Shown piece after piece: positions 34,171 to 43,211 of a DNA stretch of 64,000 nucleotides. Every line of letters begins with the position of its first letter. Within the stretch, counting starts at the first letter, position 1. Below the pieces are notes generated by a model that was given only the letters and a program-made list of their open reading frames with translations, did no database searches and was not told where the DNA came from. The translations under genes were made by a program, and so were the position numbers. Source of the stretch: Nitrospirae bacterium MYbin3 (lineage in GTDB: Bacteria > Nitrospirota > Thermodesulfovibrionia > Thermodesulfovibrionales > Dissulfurispiraceae); the NCBI GenBank assembly GCA_002753335.1, contig PEAD01000005.1:1-64000 (forward strand), given 5' to 3'.

Positions 34171-35077
34171 TCTTGCTTCCCCCGAGAAGATACAGCACAG
34201 CCATTCTTACCGCGATGCCGTTTGTGACCTGCTCTAATATAACCGACTGAGGACAGTCAGCCACCTCTGAAGATATTTCTATGCCCCTGTTCATGGGGCC
34301 GGGATGCATTACTATAGCGTCTTTACAGGCTATGGCCAACCGCTCTTGATTTATGCCCCAAAGCTTGAAATACTCCCGTGTCGAAGGAAAAAAACCCTTG
34401 CCCATCCTCTCCATCTGTATCCTGAGCATCATTATTACATCAACGCCATTCAGTCCTTCATCCATGTCATAAAACACCTTGATGCCCTTGGGCAAAGTGT
34501 TCGGAATGAGCGTGGGAGGTCCGATAAGTCTGAGATTTGCACCAAGCTTCAGAAGACATAAGATATTGGAGCGAGCAACTCTACTGTGAACAATATCTCC
34601 CACAAGGGCGATCTCAAGACCTTTTATCTCCTTTTTCTGCTCCCTGATTGTGAATGCATCAAGCAGCGCCTGTGTAGGATGTTCGTTGATGCCGTCGCCA
34701 GCATTGATAACCGAAGCTGCCGAGTTCTGAGCTATAAAATGCGGCACTCCGCTTGCGGAATGTCTAATAACAATATAATCCGCACCATAAGATTGAATCG
34801 TTCGTACCGTATCGAGAAGGCTCTCGCCCTTTACTACACTGCTCGTAGGCACCGAGAAGTTGAACACATCGGTGCTCAACCTTTTTTCGGCAAGCTCAAA
34901 TGAAGTCCTTGTGCGTGTTGAGGGCTCAAAAAAAAGATTAACGACCGTCTTTCCTCTAAGCGTCGGGACTTTTTTAATATCCCTTCTCAAAACATCTCTG
35001 AAAGACGACGCTGTATCGAGTATCAACTCTATGTCGTCTTTTGATATTTCACTTATGCTTACAAGGTCTTTTTGCAT
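34160..35077 (-). CDS. pyrB: Aspartate carbamoyltransferase catalytic subunit
   Basis: [29 protein letters not shown]. Confidence 0.97.
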   Translation of the reverse strand: MQKDLVSISEISKDDIELILDTASSFRDVLRRDIKKVPTLRGKTVVNLFFEPSTRTRTSFELAEKRLSTDVFNFSVPTSSVVKGESLLDTVRTIQSYGADYIVIRHSASGVPHFIAQNSAASVINAGDGINEHPTQALLDAFTIREQKKEIKGLEIALVGDIVHSRVARSNILCLLKLGANLRLIGPPTLIPNTLPKGIKVFYDMDEGLNGVDVIMMLRIQMERMGKGFFPSTREYFKLWGINQERLAIACKDAIVMHPGPMNRGIEISSEVADCPQSVILEQVTNGIAVRMAVLYLLGGSKNAE

Positions 35078-35082
35078 TGTCG

Positions 35083-35619
35083 TTATCCGGCGTTCTCTAT
35101 CAGCAGAACCTTGTCTTCAAGCCCGTCTTCTCTGAACTGAACCTCTATATTTTCATGTAACGAGGTCGGTATGTTCTTCCCGGCGTAATCAGCTCTTATA
35201 GGCAGTTCTCTGTGGCCGCGGTCCACAAGCACCGCAAGCTGGATCTGCGCCGGCCTGCCGAAATCCATCAATGCGTCCATAGCCGCCCTTATGGAGCGTC
35301 CTGTAAATAGCACGTCATCCACTAAAATGACTTTCTGATCAGTTATGTCAAAAGAAATGTCTGTCCTGCGCACCGTAGGCTGGGATTTCTTCATCCCGAT
35401 GTCGTCCCTGTAAAGAGATATGTCGAGCGAGCCCACAGCAAGCGAAACATTTTCTATGCTTTTTATCTTTGCCGAAATCCGTTCGGCTATATGCACACCA
35501 CCTCGCTGAATACCGACGAGGCAGAGATTGTCTGTACCCTTGTTCTTTTCGATAATCTCATGGGCTATCCTTGAAATAATGCGCTCAAAATCTTTTGTGT
35601 TAAGAAGCTCTTTAGACAT
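35083..35619 (-). CDS. pyrR: PyrR regulator / uracil phosphoribosyltransferase
   Basis: [38 protein letters not shown]; start moved to MSKELL. Confidence 0.96.
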   Translation of the reverse strand: MSKELLNTKDFERIISRIAHEIIEKNKGTDNLCLVGIQRGGVHIAERISAKIKSIENVSLAVGSLDISLYRDDIGMKKSQPTVRRTDISFDITDQKVILVDDVLFTGRSIRAAMDALMDFGRPAQIQLAVLVDRGHRELPIRADYAGKNIPTSLHENIEVQFREDGLEDKVLLIENAG

Positions 35620-35635
35620 AAGCTTCAGGACCCAC

Positions 35636-35670
35636 AAAAAAGGCCTTCCCCCCTTACGAGGGAAAGGCCT
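35636..35670 (-). terminator. Attenuator terminator of the pyr leader
   Basis: Minus strand AGGCCUUUCCCUC-GUAA-GGGGGGAAGGCCU followed by a U-run, just before pyrR. Confidence 0.85.
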
Positions 35671-35704
35671 GATATATGCGATAAATGTTTCACGATTTCT
35701 CCTG

Positions 35705-35738
35705 ACCTTTTTAGCCTCACCGGGCTATCATTAAAGGT
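35705..35738 (-). promoter_or_regulatory. PyrR-binding RNA element (anti-antiterminator)
   Basis: Minus strand ACCUUUAAUGAUAGCCCGGUGAGGCUAAAAAGGU resembles the PyrR consensus (UUUAA ... AGUCCnGnGAGGCU hairpin), upstream of the terminator and pyrR. Confidence 0.85.
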
Positions 35739-35743
35739 GAATT

Positions 35744-35773
35744 ATTAAAGCATAAGAAAAACTTATTTGTCAA
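35744..35773 (-). promoter_or_regulatory. Putative sigma70 promoter of the pyr operon
   Basis: Minus strand TTGACA, 18-nt spacer ending in TGn, then TTTAAT, just upstream of the PyrR element. Confidence 0.6.
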
Positions 35774-35787
35774 AAATTAGTCTTTAA

Positions 35788-37112
35788 CACTGGTGTCCCA
35801 ACGTTGAATAGGGGAAGCGGAGCAAACGCTTGAAAATATTAATGATAAAGGGTGATGGAGGATTTTTCGATTTGAAAATGGAAACAACCGGTAGTCATAC
35901 TTCCGCAACAAAGTGGAAGGAGAACACACATGAATACCGGCAAGACTATTTTCTCTCAGCTTATGGGTTTCATTGCTCCGTACGAATTTCAGAAATGCGT
36001 GGATCAATACAACGGCAATTACAAGGTAAAGAGCTTTTCATGTTGGGATCAATATCTCTGTATGGCCTTTGCGCAACTGACGTATCTGGAGAGCCTCAGA
36101 GACATACAGGTGTGTTTACGGGCAGCACAGACAAAGCTCTATCATATGGGCATTCGTGGCAAGGTTTCACGCAATACGCTGGCCAATGCCAATCAGGTGC
36201 GAGATTGGAGAATATATGCTGATTTTGCACAAGGTCTTATCACTACTGCCAGAAGCCTTTATGCGAAAGATGATTTCGGCTTACACTTGGAGCAAACAGT
36301 TTACGCATTGGATGCAACAACCATCGACCTCTGTCTATCACTGTTTCCGTGGGCAAAATTCAGGAAGAGCAAAGGAGCTGTGAAAATGCATACCTTGCTG
36401 GATTTGCGCGGTAACATTCCGACCACGATAATAATAACCCACGGCAAAGTGCATGAAGTACATGCTCTGGATCGCATTGTGATAGAAGCGGGAGCCATAT
36501 ACATCATGGACCGAGGCTATCTTGATTTTGAGCGCCTTCATACATTACATCTGTCCTCAGCGTTTTTTATAACACGAGCAAAAAGCAATTTTGATTTCAA
36601 TCGTATGTATTCACAGCCCGTAGACAAATCAACAGGGGTGCAATGTGATCAAATAATCTTGCTCAACGGATTCTATGCGCAGAAGGACTATCCTGAGAAA
36701 CTGCGCCGCATTCGTTACTATGACACTGAGAACAATAAGCGACTGGTCTTTCTGACAAACAATTTTACTCTTCCTGCGATTACTATTGCAGAGCTTTATC
36801 GCTGTCGCTGGCAGGTCGAACTGTTTTTCAAATGGATCAAGCAGCATTTGAGAATAAAAGCATTTTATGGCACATCGGAGAATGCGGTAAAAACACAAAT
36901 CTGGATTGCAATTTCAGTCTATGTGCTTGTTGCCATCATAAAAAAGCGGTTGAAGTTGCAACAAAGCCTCTACACAATTCTACAGATTTTGAGCGTGACA
37001 CTTTTTGAGAAAACGCCTATTTATAAGGCTTTGTCTAATATCGATTACGAAACAGAAGATGTGACTGATTATAACCAGTTGTATTTATGGGATTAACGTT
37101 GGGACACTACTG
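35788..37112 (+). mobile_element. IS4-family insertion sequence, 1325 bp
   Basis: Left end CACTGGTGTCCCAACGTT; right end reverse complement CAGTAGTGTCCCAACGTT (16/18 match); flanked by direct repeat AGTCTTTAA at 35779-35787 and 37113-37121. Confidence 0.95.
35930..37096 (+). CDS. IS4-family DDE transposase (DUF4372-like N-terminus)
   Basis: LDATTIDL, MDRGY, YRCRWQVELFFKWIKQ (YREK-type motif). Confidence 0.95.
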   Translation: MNTGKTIFSQLMGFIAPYEFQKCVDQYNGNYKVKSFSCWDQYLCMAFAQLTYLESLRDIQVCLRAAQTKLYHMGIRGKVSRNTLANANQVRDWRIYADFAQGLITTARSLYAKDDFGLHLEQTVYALDATTIDLCLSLFPWAKFRKSKGAVKMHTLLDLRGNIPTTIIITHGKVHEVHALDRIVIEAGAIYIMDRGYLDFERLHTLHLSSAFFITRAKSNFDFNRMYSQPVDKSTGVQCDQIILLNGFYAQKDYPEKLRRIRYYDTENNKRLVFLTNNFTLPAITIAELYRCRWQVELFFKWIKQHLRIKAFYGTSENAVKTQIWIAISVYVLVAIIKKRLKLQQSLYTILQILSVTLFEKTPIYKALSNIDYETEDVTDYNQLYLWD

Positions 37113-37195
37113 AGTCTTTAATAATCTTTTTGAAGACAGAGAACTTACCGACGAACAGCGGAGCATACTCAGGCAGTGCCTGTGGGATCTAACCC

Positions 37196-37476
37196 TCACT
37201 CCTGAAGACTTTCTCGCGATAATGGAGATGCCGACAAAGATTTATCTAAGCTTTCGATATGTCTTAAACGCCTTTCAATATGATCAGCAAGTTTGTCTTC
37301 ATTGTCGTTGTAATAAGCTAGGCAGAGTAAATCTGTCCCAATGTTAGATAAGGATGCTGAAAGTGAAGCTCCTCTGGGCTCCAGCCGTAAGCTATTTTTT
37401 CAACGACAAGCTCAACAACCTTCATTTTGGCTCCGGAAAGAAACGGCACACCGTTTTTATCAATGCTATTGACCAC
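37196..37476 (-). pseudogene. Frameshifted DUF433-family antitoxin-like gene
   Basis: Manual translation: VVNSIDKNGVPFLSGAKMKVVELVVEKIAYGWSPEELHFQHPYLTLGQIYSA* (TAG at 37318-37320), continuing in a shifted frame as AYYNDNEDKLADHIERRL. Confidence 0.7.
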
Positions 37477-37620
37477 CTCCAAGTTTGATCTTTCTATAAT
37501 TACAACTTCCTTATAAACTCCAAAAACAAACGAAATCAGGCAATAAGAAATTATGCCACTTGCAGGGAGAAAGATAAAGGGGAAAGTACCATTTTGGAAT
37601 TGTCGGTTTTGAGGCTGTTT

Positions 37621-38442
37621 TTATCTTTTAATCTGATACTCGACCGTGGCTTCTGTCCAGTCAGCAGGGTCAAGCTGGTTGAGTCTTTTAACGAGATCGC
37701 TTATCATTCCTGTGGATTTAGAATCATAAACCTTGAACAGCCCTTCCTGAAATCCTAGCGGCACAATTTCTTCCTTCTTCTTGGTAGCAATAACTTTTAT
37801 CCTTTCGGATGTGCTATCGCCTTTGAAATCAGGAAGGAACATGGCTTTAAGCTTGATTTGGCTGCCTGCAGGCGGGAACTCGTAGCCCGTGCCCGGTTTT
37901 GCAAGATGCTCCCTGTTCTGAGAGTTGGGAAACAAAAGAGTAACAGACCCGTCAGCCGCAACGGAAAATATATAAACAAAGCACTCTGTATCTGCCTGAT
38001 AAAAAATCTTCACCGCTTCGCCTTCATTTAAATCGGATTTAGAAAGCGACAGCTTCATATTTATCGTCCCGCCCTTTTCAGGATAAACCGGCTCCACAAG
38101 CGCCATGATAGAAATGCGATAAAGATTGCGGTCTTTGGTGTCCCATCCTGTTTTCTCTTTTATTGTTTCGGTCTTTTTTATTTTTCCTCTAACTGAAGCA
38201 TAAACAAGGTCTTCGGCAAGCTGGCTGTTCGACACGAGCGTATGAGATCTGATAAAAACTCCGACAGCCTTTTCAACAGCCTTGTTTTGAGCGTCCTTCT
38301 TCGCGCGCGCCATCACTTCCTTTGGCGTTTCGATCTCGCTCATCAAGGCCTCGCCTTCGGCCTCAACCCAAAGAGGCTTTTCTGAGGCAAAAGCAGTGTA
38401 TGCGAACAATAAAAAACTTACTATGATTGCGAGTTTCTTCAT
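37621..38442 (-). CDS. Secreted DUF4384-domain protein
   Basis: Signal peptide; AKKDAQNKAVEKAVG N-domain; FVYIFSVAADGSVTLLFPN motif. Confidence 0.75.
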   Translation of the reverse strand: MKKLAIIVSFLLFAYTAFASEKPLWVEAEGEALMSEIETPKEVMARAKKDAQNKAVEKAVGVFIRSHTLVSNSQLAEDLVYASVRGKIKKTETIKEKTGWDTKDRNLYRISIMALVEPVYPEKGGTINMKLSLSKSDLNEGEAVKIFYQADTECFVYIFSVAADGSVTLLFPNSQNREHLAKPGTGYEFPPAGSQIKLKAMFLPDFKGDSTSERIKVIATKKKEEIVPLGFQEGLFKVYDSKSTGMISDLVKRLNQLDPADWTEATVEYQIKR

Positions 38443-38548
38443 CTCAATTATTCAAGTATAACGCAATTCATACTCATTAGTCGCTTGTCTTATGCAGACT
38501 CCCTAAGGTATTTTATAAATCAATACAGCAAATTTTTGAGGTGATATC

Positions 38549-39670
38549 ATGGCCAAAGTATATTTCGCATCAGCAAGGGTAAAAAAGTGGAAGTACGATG
38601 ACAGCATGCCCGGAAAGCTCGAAAGGCTTTTAAAAGAGTTTGACCTATCGAAATACCTTTCCCCTAGAGACTGGGTCGCTGTGAAAACCCACTTCGGCTC
38701 CGAAGGCGCACACAGAATAGTCAGGCCGGTATTTCTGCGAAAAGTGGTGGATGCCATCCTATCCACGGGCGCAAAGCCTTTTGTTACGGATACTGTGAGA
38801 ATAAAGGGACTCGATTACCTTGAAGTTGCAAATCAAAATGGCCTAAATCATCTGTCTGTTGGCGCACCTGTAATCCTTGCGGACGGGCTGTACGGCAATG
38901 ACAATATTATGGTTGCGGCCGGCGACATACTCGGAGAAATAGCTGTGGCCTCTGTGATATACGATGTGCCTGCAATGGTCGTATGCTCGCATGTAAAAGG
39001 CCATATTCAGGCCGGTTACGCCGGAGCCATAAAAAATATCGCTATGGGTGGAGTGAGCGCCAGACACAGGCACTGCGGATGGAAATGCGGCCGCGGCGGC
39101 ATGCATGCGGTGGGCGAAGGACAGATAGTATGGGATGAAGAGAAATGCACGCTATGCCTTCAGTGCGAAGAAATCTGCCCTTTAGACTGCATTAAATTTG
39201 AAGATGAGAAATTCACCTACTCGGACGAAAATTGCTGGAGGTGCGGAAGATGCACAAGGGTCTGCCCCGAAGGCGGGATTTCTATGGCAGGCGATGATAC
39301 CGCTTTCATGAGCTCTCTTGCAGAAGCCTCAAAAGCGGTATTAAGCACATTCAAAGAAAAAAAGGTTATTTATATTAATTTTCTGACCGAAATACAACCC
39401 GAATGCGACTGCATGCCGGCTGCCGAAGTACCGGTCATTCAGGATATAGGAATTATGATTTCTGATGACCTTGTTTCAATAGAGCAGGCATCAATAGACA
39501 TGCTGCTCACATCAAAACCTTTGCCTGCATCCGCAGCCGAAGACGAGAAAATAAACGCCGGAGACGATGTGCTGTCAAAACTCCACAACAAACCATACAT
39601 GCTTCAAATAGACGAGTCTGTGAGGCTTGGATTGGGAGAAAAAGAGTACGAGTTGATACACCTGAAATAA
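38549..39670 (+). CDS. DUF362-domain Fe-S protein with two 4Fe-4S ferredoxin motifs
   Basis: VAVKTHFG, SHVKGH, CTLCLQCEEICP, CWRCGRCTRVCP, PECDC. Confidence 0.88.
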   Translation: MAKVYFASARVKKWKYDDSMPGKLERLLKEFDLSKYLSPRDWVAVKTHFGSEGAHRIVRPVFLRKVVDAILSTGAKPFVTDTVRIKGLDYLEVANQNGLNHLSVGAPVILADGLYGNDNIMVAAGDILGEIAVASVIYDVPAMVVCSHVKGHIQAGYAGAIKNIAMGGVSARHRHCGWKCGRGGMHAVGEGQIVWDEEKCTLCLQCEEICPLDCIKFEDEKFTYSDENCWRCGRCTRVCPEGGISMAGDDTAFMSSLAEASKAVLSTFKEKKVIYINFLTEIQPECDCMPAAEVPVIQDIGIMISDDLVSIEQASIDMLLTSKPLPASAAEDEKINAGDDVLSKLHNKPYMLQIDESVRLGLGEKEYELIHLK

Positions 39671-39730
39671 AAGTAGCTGCTGCCCTTGGGGAGTTGGACA
39701 GCAGCTTAGGGGAGGTAACGAGGTGCTTCT
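39666..39730 (-). ncRNA. Candidate small RNA with C-rich motifs and a terminator hairpin
   Basis: Follows the TTGACA-17-TATTAT promoter; AGAAGCACCUCGUUACCUCCCCUA-AGCUGCUGUCC-AACUCCCCAA-GGGCAGCAGCU-ACUUUUAUUU; no ORF. Confidence 0.55.
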
Positions 39731-39736
39731 GAAAAT

Positions 39737-39765
39737 ATAATAACAAATATGCCCTTACCTGTCAA
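39737..39765 (-). promoter_or_regulatory. Near-consensus sigma70 promoter pointing at the candidate sRNA
   Basis: Minus strand TTGACA (39765-39760), 17-nt spacer, TATTAT (39742-39737). Confidence 0.7.
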
Positions 39766-39805
39766 CAAAAAAATTAGACAGCATTGTAATTATAATTTTA
39801 GATAC

Positions 39806-40966
39806 TTACAGCGCAATAAACGCACATTTCAGATATTCGGTCTCTGGCACTGACAATAAAATAGGATGGTCTTTAGACTGGGAGCGCATCTCAATAAGAC
39901 GTGGCGTTCTGTTTGCTTCCTTTGCAGAATCTTTTAAAACATCCAGGAACATCTGTTTTTCTATGTGATATGAACATGACGAGGTGGCCAGAATTCCACC
40001 GGGACGCAGAACGCTCATAGCGAGATGATTAAGCACTCTGTAGCCTTTCAGTGCCTCTTTTATTTTTAACCTGCTCTTAACAAATGCCGGCGGGTCAAGC
40101 ACGATAAAGTCGTAGAAGCTTCCTTTTTTAGACTCAGCCTTCATAAAATCAAATACATCCGACTGAACAAAATCGCACCTATCTTGCAATCCATTAATCT
40201 CGACATTTCGTTTTGCCATAGAAAGTGAAGAATCTGAATCATCCACAAAGTTGACCTCAGCTCCTGAAAGCGCAAGCTGAACGCCCCACCCGCCCGAATA
40301 GCAGCAAAGATCAAGCCCCTCGCCGCCTTTAATAAGTTTTTTAAGAGCAAGCCTGTTCTCGCGCTGGTCCAGAAAGAACCCTGTCTTTTGGCCGTTAAGA
40401 GGGTCAACCTCAAAAGCCGCAACGCCTTCGTGGATCACAGGCAGCGTCTCGATATTCCCTTTGACAACGCTCTTATTAAGGGGCAAGCCTTCGAGAGTCC
40501 GTGACTGACTATCGTTTCTCAGAACTATAGCAGACGGATTAAACAACTCGTCCAACACCTGCAATATTGACTCTGACTGCTTTTCGATGCCTGCAGTCAG
40601 AATCTGGACAGACAAACACGATGCGTAGCGATCAACAATCAGTCCCGGAATAAAATCGCCTTCGCTGAAAACAATACGGCCGGAATCTGATTCAGGAAAG
40701 AACCTCTCTCTGTATGCGATAGCGCTTTTGATTCTGTTTCGGAAAAACCCGGCATCAATCTCTTCTTTGTTTTTCGTCAGAAGCCTTATCGAAATAAGTG
40801 AGTTGGGATTTACATAACCGATACCAATAAAGCCTTCCTTGCGGCCATAAACCTCAACTATGCTTCCGGGCTCGTAGTTCTTGGGGCTCGACTCAAGCTC
40901 GTTCGAGAAAATCCAGAGATGCCCCGCGTTGACCCTGCTGGTTCTTTTTAAATAAATTTTTTCCAT
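39806..40966 (-). CDS. RlmI-like class I SAM-dependent rRNA methyltransferase
   Basis: PUA-like GHLWIFSNE, GQKTGFFLDQRENR, VLDPPAF, TSSCS, PETEYLK; start moved to MEKIYL. Confidence 0.88.
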   Translation of the reverse strand: MEKIYLKRTSRVNAGHLWIFSNELESSPKNYEPGSIVEVYGRKEGFIGIGYVNPNSLISIRLLTKNKEEIDAGFFRNRIKSAIAYRERFFPESDSGRIVFSEGDFIPGLIVDRYASCLSVQILTAGIEKQSESILQVLDELFNPSAIVLRNDSQSRTLEGLPLNKSVVKGNIETLPVIHEGVAAFEVDPLNGQKTGFFLDQRENRLALKKLIKGGEGLDLCCYSGGWGVQLALSGAEVNFVDDSDSSLSMAKRNVEINGLQDRCDFVQSDVFDFMKAESKKGSFYDFIVLDPPAFVKSRLKIKEALKGYRVLNHLAMSVLRPGGILATSSCSYHIEKQMFLDVLKDSAKEANRTPRLIEMRSQSKDHPILLSVPETEYLKCAFIAL

Positions 40967-41077
40967 GAGAGATTCTAAACGCCGGCAAGGGTGATAAGTC
41001 AAATAAATTTAAAACTCTATCCTTTAGAAGTGACAATTATCCTTAATCTTTTTCATCCGCTGTGGTATTATTGAAAA

Positions 41078-41857
41078 ATGAAAATAGCTCTTGCTCAGAT
41101 GAACATCGCATGGGAGGATAAAGCAGCAAACCTCGCAAGAGCTGTTGAGCTTATTGAATCGGCTTCATCAAGAGGGTGTGATGTTATTGCATTTCCCGAA
41201 ATGTTCAATTCAGGCTTCTCGATGAATCATTCCGCATTTGCCGAAGAAGGTTTGGGCGAAACATCTGCCCTGCTTTCCGAAAGTGCAAAAAAGTACGGAA
41301 TATATGTAATAGCAGGTTATGCGATAAAAAGCCCGTATGAAGAAAAAGCCAGAAACATGGCCTTTATCTTTGACAAAAAAGGGCTACTGACAGCCACATA
41401 TACAAAGATGCGCCCCTTCTCTTTTGCGTCTGAGGACAAGCATTATATCGCCGGTGAACACACAGCCCTATTCGATATTGACAACACCCCGTCTTCGGTA
41501 TTTATCTGCTACGATTTAAGATTTCCTGAGCTGTTCAGACAGGTTGCAAGGGAGATACAAATAATATTTGTCATCGCAAGCTGGCCAGCATCAAGGAAAG
41601 AGCACTGGCTCACACTTTTAAAGGCGCGGGCCATCGAAAACCAATGTTTTATAATTGGAGTGAACAGGACAGGCTCCGACAATAATGGCATCGAATATTC
41701 TGGCGCTTCCATTGTTATCTCTCCATCTGGTGATGTGCTTTGTCTTGGCAATGAAAAAGATGAACTGCTCTTTTGCGAAATAAACACGGACGAGACAGCT
41801 CAAGTGCGTTCTCGATTCCCTTTTTTGGATGACATGAAACTGGAATTTCAAACCTGA
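41078..41857 (+). CDS. Carbon-nitrogen hydrolase (nitrilase/omega-amidase family)
   Basis: FPEMF, YTKM, ICYDLRFPE catalytic triad motifs, ARAIENQ. Confidence 0.9.
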   Translation: MKIALAQMNIAWEDKAANLARAVELIESASSRGCDVIAFPEMFNSGFSMNHSAFAEEGLGETSALLSESAKKYGIYVIAGYAIKSPYEEKARNMAFIFDKKGLLTATYTKMRPFSFASEDKHYIAGEHTALFDIDNTPSSVFICYDLRFPELFRQVAREIQIIFVIASWPASRKEHWLTLLKARAIENQCFIIGVNRTGSDNNGIEYSGASIVISPSGDVLCLGNEKDELLFCEINTDETAQVRSRFPFLDDMKLEFQT

Positions 41858-41865
41858 ACGCCGAC

Positions 41866-42123
41866 ATGCACGAAATTGAAGAACTTATAAAAAAATACGG
41901 CCTTGAAGATGACATGGAGCATGTTATTATTCCTGTAACAAACTCCCAAGGCAAGAAAAAAAGAATCTTCCTGATCAAAAGAAAATTTATCCGTGTCATG
42001 GATAAAGAAGGACATTTTGCTGACTACCATCTGCAGGATGCAATTGAAGCCACGGTCAAACATCCTGAAATGCCGTTAAGCGTTTCTCTAAAACTTCTAG
42101 AGTCAAAACCAACCGAAAACTGA
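41866..42123 (+). CDS. Hypothetical protein, 85 aa
   Basis: Compact ORF co-oriented directly after the hydrolase gene. Confidence 0.6.
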   Translation: MHEIEELIKKYGLEDDMEHVIIPVTNSQGKKKRIFLIKRKFIRVMDKEGHFADYHLQDAIEATVKHPEMPLSVSLKLLESKPTEN

Positions 42124-42232
42124 TTCAGAAATCTTGATTAAGAAAATTCATTTTATAAATCTTTCATGATACTGGTATAATTTTTCATTATTTTTTTAGC
42201 TAATCAAACAAAACAAAGGAGAATTCAAAACA

Positions 42233-42727
42233 ATGCCAGACACACGCGCAGTTATTTCAACCAATTTCGGAGATATTGAGCTTAAGTTTTTCCCTGAAGT
42301 TGCGCCTAACCATGTTAATAATTTCATAATGCTTGCCGAAAAAGGTTTTTACGACGGCACCACTTTTCACCGCATCATCCCCGATTTTATGATTCAGGGC
42401 GGGGATCCCAATTCAAAGAATCCAGACAAGTCGCAGCATGGGATGGGCGGTCCAGGATACACAGTAAATGCTGAATTCAACAACAAGCCCCATAAACGTG
42501 GAACTCTGTCAATGGCGCGCTCGAATAATCCTAACAGTGCCGGGTCTCAATTTTTTATCTGTGTAGGTGACGCTTCCTATTTGGACAGACAATATACTGT
42601 GTTCGGAGAAGTTGTATCGGGCATCGAAACAGTAGATAAAATCGTTTCTCAACCCCGTGACAGAAGGGACAACCCGGATGAAAGGATAGAGATTAAGGTT
42701 ACGATAAAAGAAGAAGGTCAGGAATAA
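42233..42727 (+). CDS. Cyclophilin-type peptidyl-prolyl isomerase
   Basis: FYDGTTFHRIIPDFMIQGGDP, LSMAR, SAGSQFFI, YTVFGEV; AAGGAG SD. Confidence 0.95.
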   Translation: MPDTRAVISTNFGDIELKFFPEVAPNHVNNFIMLAEKGFYDGTTFHRIIPDFMIQGGDPNSKNPDKSQHGMGGPGYTVNAEFNNKPHKRGTLSMARSNNPNSAGSQFFICVGDASYLDRQYTVFGEVVSGIETVDKIVSQPRDRRDNPDERIEIKVTIKEEGQE

Positions 42728-42739
42728 ACGGGCGGCTGC

Positions 42740-43198
42740 ATGGTTGTTACCGACATAGAACATTTTGAAGAGCAGGTTTCGATGACTGCAATGCTCAAAA
42801 AAGCCTTTGATTTTGTGCAGACTACCAAGTTCGACAAATTGCCAGACGGCAATATAGAAATTGACAGCAATAAAGTATTTGCCATAGTACAGAGGTATGA
42901 AACTGTTGCTACGGACACCCCAAGATTCGAATGCCACCAAAAATATATTGACCTTCAATATATCGCATCAGGCGAAGAAATTATAGGATGGGCGCCTGCA
43001 AACATAATGCAGGCAACTGGCTCTTATGACGCTGAAAAAGACATATGTTTTGGAATAGTGCCAAAAGAAAAAATAACAGATGTATATTTACAAGCGGGGC
43101 AAGTGGCAGTCCTCTACCCAAACGATGCTCATGCTCCACGATTATCGTCAAAAACAAAATCGCATGTTTTGAAAATCGTTATTAAAGTTGCGATATAG
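42740..43198 (+). CDS. YhcH/YjgK/YiaL family protein
   Basis: FECHQKYIDLQYIASGEE, YDAEKDI, YPNDAHAP, KIVIKV. Confidence 0.88.
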   Translation: MVVTDIEHFEEQVSMTAMLKKAFDFVQTTKFDKLPDGNIEIDSNKVFAIVQRYETVATDTPRFECHQKYIDLQYIASGEEIIGWAPANIMQATGSYDAEKDICFGIVPKEKITDVYLQAGQVAVLYPNDAHAPRLSSKTKSHVLKIVIKVAI

Positions 43199-43211
43199 GT
43201 AAAAAGATCGT

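Noticed and set aside
37114..37347. Plus-strand frame ...LTDEQRSILRQCLWDLTLTPEDFLAIME... after the IS, possibly an interrupted gene
   Set aside because: No start codon can be rebuilt across the empty site, and it overlaps the DUF433 remnant; cannot be assigned without a search
37538..37560. TGGCA...TTGC on the minus strand as a sigma54 promoter
   Set aside because: Spacing does not fit GG-N10-GC
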